From assembly GCA_963977015.1 (NCBI GenBank), contig CAXBMO010000021.1, forward strand, positions 44,252 through 108,251: a stretch of DNA of 64,000 bases, in the 5' to 3' direction. This DNA comes from an uncultured bacterium. Its GTDB lineage: Bacteria; Verrucomicrobiota; Verrucomicrobiia; Verrucomicrobiales; DEV007. The notes under the pieces are model-generated. The model saw only the letters and a program-made list of their open reading frames with translations. It ran no database searches and was not told the origin of the DNA. Position 1 is the stretch's first letter. Each line of letters opens with the position of its first letter. A program made the position numbers and the translations under genes. Positions 1 through 9,441 of this stretch are shown piece after piece.

Positions 1-2448
1 AAGCCGGTTTCCCTCCATCGCATCGAAAAAGGGAATCGCGCGATCGATCGTCATGCTGAGAACGTCGTAGATGGATTCACCCTCGAGTAAAACCTCCAAC
101 GTCTCCGGAGTGTAACGCTTCCCCTCGCACTCCGGACAGGTCACGTAGACATCGCTCAGGAACTGCATCTCGACCTTCTCGAATCCGGTCCCCCAACAGC
201 GTTCGCATCGCCCAGCACCCGAGTTAAACGAAAAGTAGCCGGGAGTCAGACCGCGGGCTTCCGCATCGGGAGTCGTCGCAAACAACTTCCGAATTCCCTC
301 GAAAACGCCGGTAAACACCGCGGGCGTCGAGCGCGGTGTTTTGCTGAGGGGCGATTGATCCACCATGATCACCGTGTCCGTCTTGGAGACGCCTTTGAGC
401 GACTTCACCGCACCAACCTCCGTCTCGGCGACTTCTCCACGATCTCTCAGGATATTCTGATAAAGAACGTCGTGGATAAGGGTCGATTTGCCGGAACCGG
501 AAACACCCGTGACGACCGTGAAAATACCGAGAGGGATCTTCACATCGATCCGCTTCAGGTTGTGCTGCCGGGCGCCGACAATTTCGATCCAGTTGGTCGC
601 GACACGACGATTCTCCGGAATCGGGATCACCTTCTCGCCCGTGAGGTAGGCGCGGGTTAGTGAGCGAGAACTTTCAATCCCTTCCGCGCCCTGTTTCATA
701 TCTCCGGCATAGACGATTTCGCCACCTCCCTCCCCTCTTCCGGGTCCGACATCGACCAGATAGTCCGCCGCGCGAATCACCGCTTCTTCATGCTCCACGA
801 CCAGGAGCGTGTTGCCCTTGTTTCGCAATTGCTCCATGACCTCGATCAGTCGCCCGATGTCCCGCGGGTGAAGGCCGATGCTCGGTTCGTCCAAAACGAA
901 GAGCGTGTTGGTGAGTGACGCTCCCAGGCACGTCGTCAGGTTGACCCGCTGAACCTCGCCGCCGCTGAGGGTTCGCGTCGCCCGATCCAGATTCAGGTAT
1001 CCCAGCCCGACGCGATCCATGTATCCCAGCCGGGAAGTTACCTCGTTCTTCAGGAGTTCCGCGCTGGAGTCTCCTGCCGGTAGCTTGACGCTTTCGAAGA
1101 ACGGCAACAGCTCGTCCACGGAAAGCGTCCACAGCTCGGGCAAGGTCTTGTCGTTCACTCGGAAATTCAGCGCCTCGGGTTGGAGCCTGGTCCCGTTGCA
1201 CGTGTCGCATTCGGTATAACTCCGAAATCGGCTCAGAAACACGCGAACGTGCATTTTGTAGCTCTTCGACTCGACCCATTTGAAGAACCCTTTGACGCCA
1301 TACCAACTGCCGATCTCGTAGGCAGCCTCCGGGTCGCCGCCATCACCCTTGATGACCCATTCCTGGTCGCTTTTCGGAAGATCCTCAAACGGCGTGTCCA
1401 GGTCGACGTCCTGCACCACCGCGCAACGCTCCAGATCGGCCTGACATTCGTAGTATTTGTCTCCTTGAAACGCTTTGACAACGCCTTCCCGAATCGAAAG
1501 CGTTTTGTCGGGAAGCGCCCGCTCGACATCGATTCCGATCACTCGCCCAAACCCGCGACAGTCCGGGCATGCTCCCAACGGATTGTTGAAACTGAAGAGT
1601 CCGGCCACCGGCTCACGAATGTCCGTATCGCACGAAGCGCAATGCCACTTGGTCGAAAACGAAAGCCGCTCGTTCGAGTCCGGCTCCACCAGCGCGACTT
1701 TGCCTTTTCCAAAGTGTAGCGCCGTTTCAACCGCTTCAAGGAGTCGACTTTTGCGATTCGCCGCGACGCGATCCTGAATCACATCGACCATGCCCTGCAA
1801 TCTCCGCGAAAACTGATCCGGCTGGTCGGTTCGATAGATTTCCCCATAGATCAACACGCGGACATAGCCCTGAGCCTGGAGAAACTCGAAAAAATCGGCC
1901 ACCTCCGTATCAGCCGGCACCGCGATGCCGAACGTCACCAGCACCGGTTTGTCCTCAAAAGTCGCTTTCGCGGAACTGCTGATGCTTTGCGGAGTGTCAG
2001 GCTGAACCCGCGATCCGCATTCCGGACAAAAACCTTCCGCGACCCGGGGAAAAAGCAGCTTCAGGTAGTCGTTGATTTCGGTGATCGTTCCAACCGTCGA
2101 ACGCGTCGTCTTCACGTTGTTCGACTGCTCAATCGCGATCGCCGGAGGAATTCCGCGGATCTCCTCCACCTGCGGCTTGTCCATCCGGTCGAAAAATTGA
2201 CGGACATAGGGCGAAAACGTCTCGACATAGCGGCGCTGGCCTTCCGCATAGATGGTCTGGAAAGCGAGGCTGGATTTGCCACTTCCACTCGGACCGGTCA
2301 CCACAATCAACTGATTCAGTGGCAAATCCAGGTCCACCCCCTTCAGGTTATTCTGCGTCGCGCCGCGAATTTCAATCGCTTCGGACAGCTTCGCTCGGGA
2401 CTTTCGACGCTTCGCCCGATTGGTGGGGTGCTTGCTAGGTTCAGGCAT
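1..2448 (-). CDS. uvrA: Excinuclease ABC subunit A (3' end runs off the window)
   Basis: Manual minus-strand translation from ATG 2448: GATQNNLKGVDL, VTGPSGSGKSSLAF, AEGQRRYVETFS, LSGGEVQRVNL, DEPSIGLHPRD, second Walker A VTGVSGSGKSTL, CERC/CPEC Zn motifs. Not in the ORF track because it has no stop within the window. Confidence 0.95.
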   Translation of the reverse strand, partial: MPEPSKHPTNRAKRRKSRAKLSEAIEIRGATQNNLKGVDLDLPLNQLIVVTGPSGSGKSSLAFQTIYAEGQRRYVETFSPYVRQFFDRMDKPQVEEIRGIPPAIAIEQSNNVKTTRSTVGTITEINDYLKLLFPRVAEGFCPECGSRVQPDTPQSISSSAKATFEDKPVLVTFGIAVPADTEVADFFEFLQAQGYVRVLIYGEIYRTDQPDQFSRRLQGMVDVIQDRVAANRKSRLLEAVETALHFGKGKVALVEPDSNERLSFSTKWHCASCDTDIREPVAGLFSFNNPLGACPDCRGFGRVIGIDVERALPDKTLSIREGVVKAFQGDKYYECQADLERCAVVQDVDLDTPFEDLPKSDQEWVIKGDGGDPEAAYEIGSWYGVKGFFKWVESKSYKMHVRVFLSRFRSYTECDTCNGTRLQPEALNFRVNDKTLPELWTLSVDELLPFFESVKLPAGDSSAELLKNEVTSRLGYMDRVGLGYLNLDRATRTLSGGEVQRVNLTTCLGASLTNTLFVLDEPSIGLHPRDIGRLIEVMEQLRNKGNTLLVVEHEEAVIRAADYLVDVGPGRGEGGGEIVYAGDMKQGAEGIESSRSLTRAYLTGEKVIPIPENRRVATNWIEIVGARQHNLKRIDVKIPLGIFTVVTGVSGSGKSTLIHDVLYQNILRDRGEVAETEVGAVKSLKGVSKTDTVIMVDQSPLSKTPRSTPAVFTGVFEGIRKLFATTPDAEARGLTPGYFSFNSGAGRCERCWGTGFEKVEMQFLSDVYVTCPECEGKRYTPETLEVLLEGESIYDVLSMTIDRAIPFFDAMEGNRL

Positions 2449-2531
2449 TGCTGACCATACGACCCCTACTCGCCTTTGGCTCAAGCGGCTTTTTGCGGAA
2501 AATGCGCTTCCGGCCGCTTTTCGCGCCCGGA

Positions 2532-2560
2532 CCTGTGACAATGCAAGCCCGTCGGCATAG
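2532..2560 (+). promoter_or_regulatory. Putative ECF sigma promoter CCTGTGACAAT-N10-CGGCATAG upstream of the DUF1553 gene
   Basis: Identical bipartite motif with the same 10-nt spacer recurs upstream of the ECF sigma gene (9270-9298, minus); ends 6 nt before ATG 2567. Confidence 0.7.
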
Positions 2561-2566
2561 AGGCCC

Positions 2567-5500
2567 ATGAAAGCTATGAAACTGCGCCATTTCTTTGTCA
2601 TCTCCCTCACCTTGGTGCTTTTTCTGGCGGGATGGATTTATCACCCGGTAGAAAATCAACGTGATCCCCAATATGCCGAGATGGTTTCGCGACTGGTCTC
2701 GAAGAGCTTGGATGTCGTAAAGGTCTCCCTCGCGGCGAGAACTCCTTCCCCGGTTGAAACCAAGGCGGCCAAGTCAGAACGCGTCACGGACGGGCTGCAA
2801 CTTCTCTACGACTTTCGCGAAACGACAGGCCCCAAAATCCGCGATCGCTCCGGTGTCGGCACCCCCATGGATTTGACCATCGGAAATGCGTCCGCCGTCG
2901 AACGGACCGGGACGTCACTCATCGTCAAATCGCCGACCATCCTCGTTTCAGCGAAACCCGCTACGAAACTGACGGAAGCGGTTCGTCAAACCGGCGAGTT
3001 CACCCTCGAAGCTTGGATCAAACCCGCGAAGGAGTCCCAAAGCGGTCCCGCCAGAATCGTCACGCTCTCCCTCGATTCCCGGGAACGAAACTTCACACTC
3101 GGCCAGGACGGAAACCGCTACGACGTCCGGTTTTTGACCAACTCGACCGACAGAAACGGCCTACCGTCCCTTGCCGGCCCCAAAGGGCAACTCGGGGCCA
3201 GGTTGACCCATGTGGTCTACTCCCGCGAACGTTCCGGCCAAACCGTTCTCTACCTGGATGGCAAGCCGCACGCTCAGCGAAACACCGGCGACAACCTGAA
3301 GAACTGGGATTCCAGCTACCGCTTCGCCCTCGCCAATGAGTTGAGCAATGACCGCGCCTGGCTCGGTGAATTTCATCTCGTCGCCGCTTACAACCGGGCG
3401 CTTTCCCCGGCCGAAGTCCGCCAGAATCTGGAAGCCGGGGCCAATCCCGAAGGTGACGGTGACCTTCTCGCCGTGGAATCTCCGCCGAAACCGAAGATCG
3501 ATCTCCCCACGGTCAAACTTCCCGGGGGAAACTCGCTCACCCACGTCGACTTCGAGCGTCACGTCATGGGAATCCTCACGCGCCAGGGTTGCAACACCGG
3601 TTCCTGCCACGGTTCCCTTCAGGGAGAGAGCGACATGGCGCTGAGCTTGTTTGGCCATGCTCCCGAGCCGGACTACTTCTCGATTATCGATGAGAGTTTT
3701 GGTCCGTTCGCCGATCCGCTTGCCCCGGAAAAAAGCGCGTTGCTGCGCAAACCCACCCTGCTGAGCAAGCACAAAGGCGGTGAGCATTTTTCGCAACGTT
3801 CGTGGCAATACAAGGTCTTGAGGAACTGGATTCAGGGCGGCGCCGAATATCACAGCGGCAGCGGTGACGTGGTCGGCGTTGAGATTTCACCTCCCCTGCA
3901 CCGTTTCTCTCGTCCGGGAAAAACGGTCAGACTCAAGGTCGAAGCCACCTTTGCCGACGGCACGCGTGAGGACGTCACCCCCTTCAGCAAGTTTGAGATT
4001 GAGGACGACTTTGTGGCGGTTGTGAACGAGGACGGACAGGTTCGCGCTCAAAACCCCGGCGACACCGCGATCGTCGTTTCCTATCGCGACGAGGTCGTCG
4101 CCTCCCGCGCTCTGGTCGCGACTCCGATTGGTTACCTTGAGGAAGCCAAAAAATGGCTCTGGAACCCGGGAACCCAGCTTTCCGCGGCTCACTACATCGA
4201 CCGCGAGATCGGGACCAAACTGGACGCGCTCAACATCGAACCGTCCGCACCGGCAACCGATGGCGAGTTTCTCCGCCGGGTTTATATCGATACGATCGGC
4301 CGGTTGCCAAGCCCGGACGAGACACGGACATTCCTCGCCAACCGCAAGCCTGACAAACGCGCCGAAAAAATTGACGAGCTTCTGCGTCACCCACTCCACG
4401 CGGCGCTCTGGGCGACCAAGTTCAGCGACATCACCGGGAACAACTCAAGCGCCATGGAGAATCCGGGCGAGAAACGCAGCAAGATGTGGCACGATTGGTT
4501 TCGCGACCGGATCGCCGAAAACGTTCCCTACACGGATTTGGTCCGCGGCGTCATCCTGGCAACCAGCCGGGACGGCCGGAGCATTGACCGCTGGATTCAA
4601 GACGCTCGAAAGCAGGACGAAGGAGCTCTTCGCGGCTTCGAGAATTCTTACGCGAAACGCGAAACGCTCGATCTTTTCTGGCAACGGCGAAACATGACTC
4701 AGGAGCTCTACGCGGAACAGACGGCAGCCGCGTTTCTCGGCGTTCAACTCCAGTGCGCGCAATGCCACAAGCACCCCTATGACCGCTGGACACAGGCGGA
4801 TTACCGCGCCTACGCCAACGTCTTCGGCCAGGTCAAAAACGATCGTTCGTCAGAGGCTCGCAAGCAAATCGACTCCGAGAACAATCGGCGCAAAAAGGTC
4901 AAGGTGAACAAGAAGAACCTCCCCAACCTGCGCGAAGTCTTCGTCGATACGGAGAGGCCGAATCGGCTCAAACATCCGGAAACAAACCAACCTCTGCCAC
5001 CAACGCCGCTGGGTGCCGAAGCGTTGGAAGAGGATGGCGATTTCCGGATCGCCTACTTTGATTGGCTGACGCAGCCCGAAAACCCGTTCTTCGCCCGATC
5101 CTTCGTCAATCGCGTTTGGGCGCACTATATGGGCATTGGCATTGTGGAACCGGTCGATGGCTTCTCCGCCGCGAACCCGCCTTCCAACGAGAAACTTCTC
5201 GCCGCGTTGGCGGAAGATTTCGTTTCAAGCAATTACGACATGCGCCACCTCGAACGGCAGATCCTCAATTCGCAGGCTTATCAACGCTCGTCGATGCCGA
5301 ACGAGACCAACCAGGAAGATAAGAACAATTATGCGCGCAAATATCCCCGTCAGATGATGGCCGAAGTCGTGGTCGACGTCTTGAATTCGGCTCTCGGCAA
5401 GAACGACGAATTCACCCGCGACGCGCCCAAGGGAAGCAGCGCCATTGAGGTGGCAGGCAGCCGGATTCAGGACGGAAACCTGGCTTACGTCTTCAGCGCT

Positions 5501-5860
5501 TTCGGACGACCAACCCGAACCGCGATCTGCGACTGCGAACGGAGCGGAGATCCGGCCCTGCCGCAGACGCTCTATCTGATGACCGACTCCCGGGTTTATG
5601 ACAAGATCCGTAACGGGCGACTGAAAGAGGAATTGGCCAAGGATAATCGGTTAGGTCGCCTGAAGAAGAAGGAACTCGGCGACAGCGAAATTGGCGAAAT
5701 CGTTGAACAACTCTTTCTCTCCACCCTGACGCGCTTCCCGGACGAAATTGAACGGCAGGCCGCAATCGCCAACGTGCGCAAACAGGACGGAAGCGAAGCG
5801 GGTTTCGTCGACGTCTTCTGGGCCCTCATCAACACCCGCGAATTCATCCTCAATCACTAA
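2567..5860 (+). CDS. LamG-like + DUF1549/DUF1553 (planctomycete cytochrome-like) domain protein
   Basis: N-terminal TM/signal, LamG-like domain (LEAWIKP, THVVYSR, YNRALS), GCNTGSCHG, FLRRVYID, LGVQLQCAQCHKHPYDRW, NPFFARSFVNRVW, WALINTREF. Confidence 0.9.
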   Translation: MKAMKLRHFFVISLTLVLFLAGWIYHPVENQRDPQYAEMVSRLVSKSLDVVKVSLAARTPSPVETKAAKSERVTDGLQLLYDFRETTGPKIRDRSGVGTPMDLTIGNASAVERTGTSLIVKSPTILVSAKPATKLTEAVRQTGEFTLEAWIKPAKESQSGPARIVTLSLDSRERNFTLGQDGNRYDVRFLTNSTDRNGLPSLAGPKGQLGARLTHVVYSRERSGQTVLYLDGKPHAQRNTGDNLKNWDSSYRFALANELSNDRAWLGEFHLVAAYNRALSPAEVRQNLEAGANPEGDGDLLAVESPPKPKIDLPTVKLPGGNSLTHVDFERHVMGILTRQGCNTGSCHGSLQGESDMALSLFGHAPEPDYFSIIDESFGPFADPLAPEKSALLRKPTLLSKHKGGEHFSQRSWQYKVLRNWIQGGAEYHSGSGDVVGVEISPPLHRFSRPGKTVRLKVEATFADGTREDVTPFSKFEIEDDFVAVVNEDGQVRAQNPGDTAIVVSYRDEVVASRALVATPIGYLEEAKKWLWNPGTQLSAAHYIDREIGTKLDALNIEPSAPATDGEFLRRVYIDTIGRLPSPDETRTFLANRKPDKRAEKIDELLRHPLHAALWATKFSDITGNNSSAMENPGEKRSKMWHDWFRDRIAENVPYTDLVRGVILATSRDGRSIDRWIQDARKQDEGALRGFENSYAKRETLDLFWQRRNMTQELYAEQTAAAFLGVQLQCAQCHKHPYDRWTQADYRAYANVFGQVKNDRSSEARKQIDSENNRRKKVKVNKKNLPNLREVFVDTERPNRLKHPETNQPLPPTPLGAEALEEDGDFRIAYFDWLTQPENPFFARSFVNRVWAHYMGIGIVEPVDGFSAANPPSNEKLLAALAEDFVSSNYDMRHLERQILNSQAYQRSSMPNETNQEDKNNYARKYPRQMMAEVVVDVLNSALGKNDEFTRDAPKGSSAIEVAGSRIQDGNLAYVFSAFGRPTRTAICDCERSGDPALPQTLYLMTDSRVYDKIRNGRLKEELAKDNRLGRLKKKELGDSEIGEIVEQLFLSTLTRFPDEIERQAAIANVRKQDGSEAGFVDVFWALINTREFILNH

Positions 5861-5866
5861 ACGACT

Positions 5867-7171
5867 ATGAAGCAACCATCCTGGATCGACTGCGAGGGCA
5901 ATGCCCGGCGCGACTTCCTCAGGTTCGGCACCGCCGGCCTCATGGGGCTCAGCCTGACCGATGTCCTGCGACTTGAAGCGGCTTCGCAGGGAACCTCAAA
6001 AGCAAAAAGCATCATCATGATCTGGCTCGCGGGGGGACCGGCCACGATCGACATGTGGGATTTGAAACCGGACGCACCGAACAACATTCGCGGCGAGTTC
6101 AAACCGATCGGGACGTCTGCCGATGGCATCCAGATTTCCGAGCATCTTCCCAGCCTCGCCAAAGTCATGAAACACTGCGCGGTGGTTCGCTCCGTTCGTC
6201 ATACCATTCCCTCGCATGGTCCGGGGACGGTCTATATGCACACCGGCCACAAGCCCACCCCGGCGTTGGATTACCCATCCATCGGCTCACTAACGTTCAA
6301 ACTGCTCTCCACGCCGACCGGTGTTCCACCCTACGTGACTTTTGGGCGGGAACGTGATCGGGCGGCGATGGGCGGCTATCTGGGACCAGCCTACAATCCC
6401 TTTCAAGTCGAGGGAAATGGGCGCAACGGAGATTTTCGAGTCCGAGGACTCACTCTCCCTTCCGGTTTCAGCCTGGATCAGCTCGCCAATCGCGCGGAAC
6501 TGCTCAACACCTTCGATTCCCGCTTCCAGGCCTTCGATCAATCCGGTTCCATCGCCGGCAGTCTCGACCAATTCCAGCAACAAGCTCTCGACATGTTGCG
6601 TTCGCCGAAAACGCGGACGGCGTTCGATCTCGAGAAGGAACCTGACAAACTTCGCGATCGCTACGGCAGGGACACCTTTGGCCAAGGCGCTCTGGCAGCA
6701 CGCCGCCTGATCGAGGCCGGAGTTCGTTTTGTCAGTGTTGGCACCGGCGGATGGGATACCCACGGAGACAATTTCAAGAAGCTCAAGGACAGCAAACTTC
6801 CCGAACTGGACCGCACCTTGTCAGCCTTGATCGAAGATCTCGAGAATCGAGGGTTGCTCGATGAGACCATGATTTATTGCACCGGCGAGTTTGCGAGAAC
6901 ACCCAAGGTCAATGGCAAGGGCGGACGCGATCATTGGGCCAAATCGATGGCGGTGCTGATGGCCGGCGGTGGCCTCAAACGCGGCTTCGCCCACGGCACT
7001 ACGACGAAGGACGGGATGGCGCCCGATGACGATCCCTGCACCCCGGCTGATCTTTGCGCGACCATGTTTCACAACCTGGGAATCGATGCCCGGGAACAAC
7101 TCGAAACTCCTTCCGGACGATCGATCGCACTCTTTCGCGACGGAAAGGTCCTGACCAACCTGCTGAGTTGA
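5867..7171 (+). CDS. DUF1501 domain protein (Tat-like RRDFL)
   Basis: RRDFLRFG, IWLAGGPATIDMWDLKP, ARRLIEAGVRFV, GGWDTH, GEFARTP, GRDHW; canonical partner of DUF1553 genes. Confidence 0.93.
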   Translation: MKQPSWIDCEGNARRDFLRFGTAGLMGLSLTDVLRLEAASQGTSKAKSIIMIWLAGGPATIDMWDLKPDAPNNIRGEFKPIGTSADGIQISEHLPSLAKVMKHCAVVRSVRHTIPSHGPGTVYMHTGHKPTPALDYPSIGSLTFKLLSTPTGVPPYVTFGRERDRAAMGGYLGPAYNPFQVEGNGRNGDFRVRGLTLPSGFSLDQLANRAELLNTFDSRFQAFDQSGSIAGSLDQFQQQALDMLRSPKTRTAFDLEKEPDKLRDRYGRDTFGQGALAARRLIEAGVRFVSVGTGGWDTHGDNFKKLKDSKLPELDRTLSALIEDLENRGLLDETMIYCTGEFARTPKVNGKGGRDHWAKSMAVLMAGGGLKRGFAHGTTTKDGMAPDDDPCTPADLCATMFHNLGIDAREQLETPSGRSIALFRDGKVLTNLLS

Positions 7172-7177
7172 AAATCG

Positions 7178-8653
7178 TCAGGGCGTCCGGGTTTGATCCG
7201 GCCCCGAGGCGAAATTGCGCCGCACCTCGGCTTCGCTCAGCGCCTTAGAATAAATGGCGGTGAGCCGAATCCGGCCGCGCCAGGATCGATTTTCACCGCT
7301 TGGATCATTGCCGAGGCCCAATTTGAGATTGGGATGCCAATTGGAGAAATAGCCGGGAATCCGGGATTGTGCGACGACCTTGCCGTCCAGGTAAAACCTG
7401 GCTTCGCCGCCGGGTGTCCGGGTGAAAACGAGATGGGTGAGCTTGGTGGAAACGCGCGCGGAGGATTGCAGCACCTCGTAAGTTTTCGTTTCCGTGGTGC
7501 GAAGCCGAACGACGTAGCGGTCTTGGTCCTGGCCGAGAAGAAAGTTCGTGGCACTGCTTCCGTGGGAAAAGGTCACGATCCGAGCGGGCCCCGATTGCGC
7601 TTTCTTCGCCGGTTGGACCCAGACCTCAATCGAAATCGCGCGGGATTCCTGACAGGCGTTCTGAATCTTGGTCGCGGCGCTCCGGGACTGGAAATTCGGA
7701 GCGTTATCTTTGGAGTTTTTCTCCGCGCTCAAATCCAAAGCCGCCCCGAATCCGGACCGGTCGCGAACGACCTTCCCCGCTTCCTCGAAGGTATACAGGG
7801 CGACCAAATCACTCTCGACGCGGCTCGGTCTCGCAGCAAGATCCTGATCCGGTCCCACGACAGCGAACATGCCCGCGCGCACCTCAACCATCGCGCCATC
7901 GGAAACGCGGCGGAGATCCACCTGCCCTTCGCTGACTTCCAGCCGGGTTTGCGCTGCATCAGCGGTCAGGGCGAATTGGGTCCCGCGCACAATGGCGTAA
8001 GCGTGGGGTGTTTGCAGAACAAACGGCTCGCCCGGCGGTTGCCTGGTCACGTCGGCATCAATTCGACCGGCAACCAGTTGCAGGCGTTTTGACGGGGTTT
8101 CATCCAGCTCGAAACTGGGCTCAAAGACGACTTCCGTGCCCCGATCAAGCCGCACCTGGGTGTCGTCTTTGTATCGCAACTCTCCCGTCGAGTCCGGCGA
8201 AGCAACCACCCGATCGTAAGGCCGCAGTTTCACGCCCTGGCTCACCCACTCGGATTCCCCCTGGCTCAAAACTTTGACCGCCCCTTCAATCCCCACAAAG
8301 TCTGCCGGTTCGAACCAGCCGTCCTGCACCAAAACCAGCGCAATGGCCAACGCGGCCGCCATTCCAGCGGGAATCGCGATGCGATAAAACCATCGATCGA
8401 CAAGTGTCTCGAGGATCGCGGGCGCCGGACTTTTCCGGGATTTCCGGGCCAATTTCGCGACGCGCGCCATGGTGGCGTCTGCAACGTCGAAATTCTGGTC
8501 CAGATTCCGCAATTCCACTTCCACATCGAGCAGCTGCCGGAATTGGGTCGCCGTTTCTGGATTCGCATCGACGAGCGATTGCAGTTCGCGCGTTTCGTTG
8601 CGCGAAAGGCAGCCTTCCAGCTCCTTCTGAACGAGTTCTTCGAGGCGTTTCAT
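7178..8653 (-). CDS. FecR-type anti-sigma factor with C-terminal LamG-like domain
   Basis: Start taken at ATG 8653 (4-nt overlap with sigma stop); short N-terminal domain, one TM, FecR motifs (TPHAYAIVRGTQF, LEVSEGQV), LamG C-terminus. Confidence 0.88.
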   Translation of the reverse strand: MKRLEELVQKELEGCLSRNETRELQSLVDANPETATQFRQLLDVEVELRNLDQNFDVADATMARVAKLARKSRKSPAPAILETLVDRWFYRIAIPAGMAAALAIALVLVQDGWFEPADFVGIEGAVKVLSQGESEWVSQGVKLRPYDRVVASPDSTGELRYKDDTQVRLDRGTEVVFEPSFELDETPSKRLQLVAGRIDADVTRQPPGEPFVLQTPHAYAIVRGTQFALTADAAQTRLEVSEGQVDLRRVSDGAMVEVRAGMFAVVGPDQDLAARPSRVESDLVALYTFEEAGKVVRDRSGFGAALDLSAEKNSKDNAPNFQSRSAATKIQNACQESRAISIEVWVQPAKKAQSGPARIVTFSHGSSATNFLLGQDQDRYVVRLRTTETKTYEVLQSSARVSTKLTHLVFTRTPGGEARFYLDGKVVAQSRIPGYFSNWHPNLKLGLGNDPSGENRSWRGRIRLTAIYSKALSEAEVRRNFASGPDQTRTP

Positions 8654-9261
8654 GTCAGCACTCCCTTCGATTCCATGCACTTGCGCAGCTGACCGCGAGC
8701 GCGATAGAGCAGGGTGCGAACCGCCCCGGCCGATTTGCCGATCACTCCCGCAATTTCCTCGGTCTTCTTCCGCTCCAGATAATGCAGCCGCACCGCCTCC
8801 GCCGCGCTTTCCTCCAGGCCGCCGAGACATTCACCCAACGCCTGACGCCGCAACCAGATCTCCTCATTCTTGCCGATCTCGTTCGCCTCCACGCCATCGA
8901 GACGCTCGATGACCGACTTCGCATACGCCTCGATCCGCCCTTTGTAGCGATAGCGCTTGCGCAACTCCTCACGCACCATGTTCCGGGCAATCGCCTTGAC
9001 CCATTTGCCGAATCCGCGACCGATTTCATACTGGTCGAGCGCCTGAAACGCCCGCACGAAAACCTGCTGAACGACGTCCTCCCGCGCGCTGTAATCGATC
9101 AGCATCGCATTGACGATTTTGAGCACCTCACCCTGATAGCGAACCACGATCTGGCGATACGCCTCCACGTCCCCCTTGCGAATCTGCGCAACGATCTCGT
9201 CGGTCGAGAAATCTGCAGCGTCGGGCTTCATGGACCACGATGGAATGGGAGACATGCTCAC
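8650..9261 (-). CDS. ECF RNA polymerase sigma-70 factor
   Basis: GDVEAYRQIV, EDVVQQVFVRAF, FGKWVKAIARN (region 2), EEIAGVIGKSAGAVRTLLYRAR (region 4); coupled to FecR gene. Confidence 0.93.
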   Translation of the reverse strand: MSMSPIPSWSMKPDAADFSTDEIVAQIRKGDVEAYRQIVVRYQGEVLKIVNAMLIDYSAREDVVQQVFVRAFQALDQYEIGRGFGKWVKAIARNMVREELRKRYRYKGRIEAYAKSVIERLDGVEANEIGKNEEIWLRRQALGECLGGLEESAAEAVRLHYLERKKTEEIAGVIGKSAGAVRTLLYRARGQLRKCMESKGVLT

Positions 9262-9269
9262 TTAGGGCA

Positions 9270-9298
9270 CTATGCCGCTCGAACCTGATTGTCACAGG
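9270..9298 (-). promoter_or_regulatory. Putative autoregulatory ECF promoter CCTGTGACAAT-N10-CGGCATAG
   Basis: Reverse complement reads CCTGTGACAAT CAGGTTCGAG CGGCATAG, 8 nt before GTG 9261; both boxes identical to the copy at 2532-2560. Confidence 0.7.
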
Positions 9299-9441
9299 CA
9301 AAATTCGGGAACGGGTTTGGTCCCGCGAAAAAGGGTCGCTTCCACGCATCCGTTTTCGCCGATTTCCTCACACGATCCGTAAGCGAAAGTGATAGCTCGC
9401 CGCCTAATCAACGCTTAGCCTCAATTCTCCGCAAATCCTCC

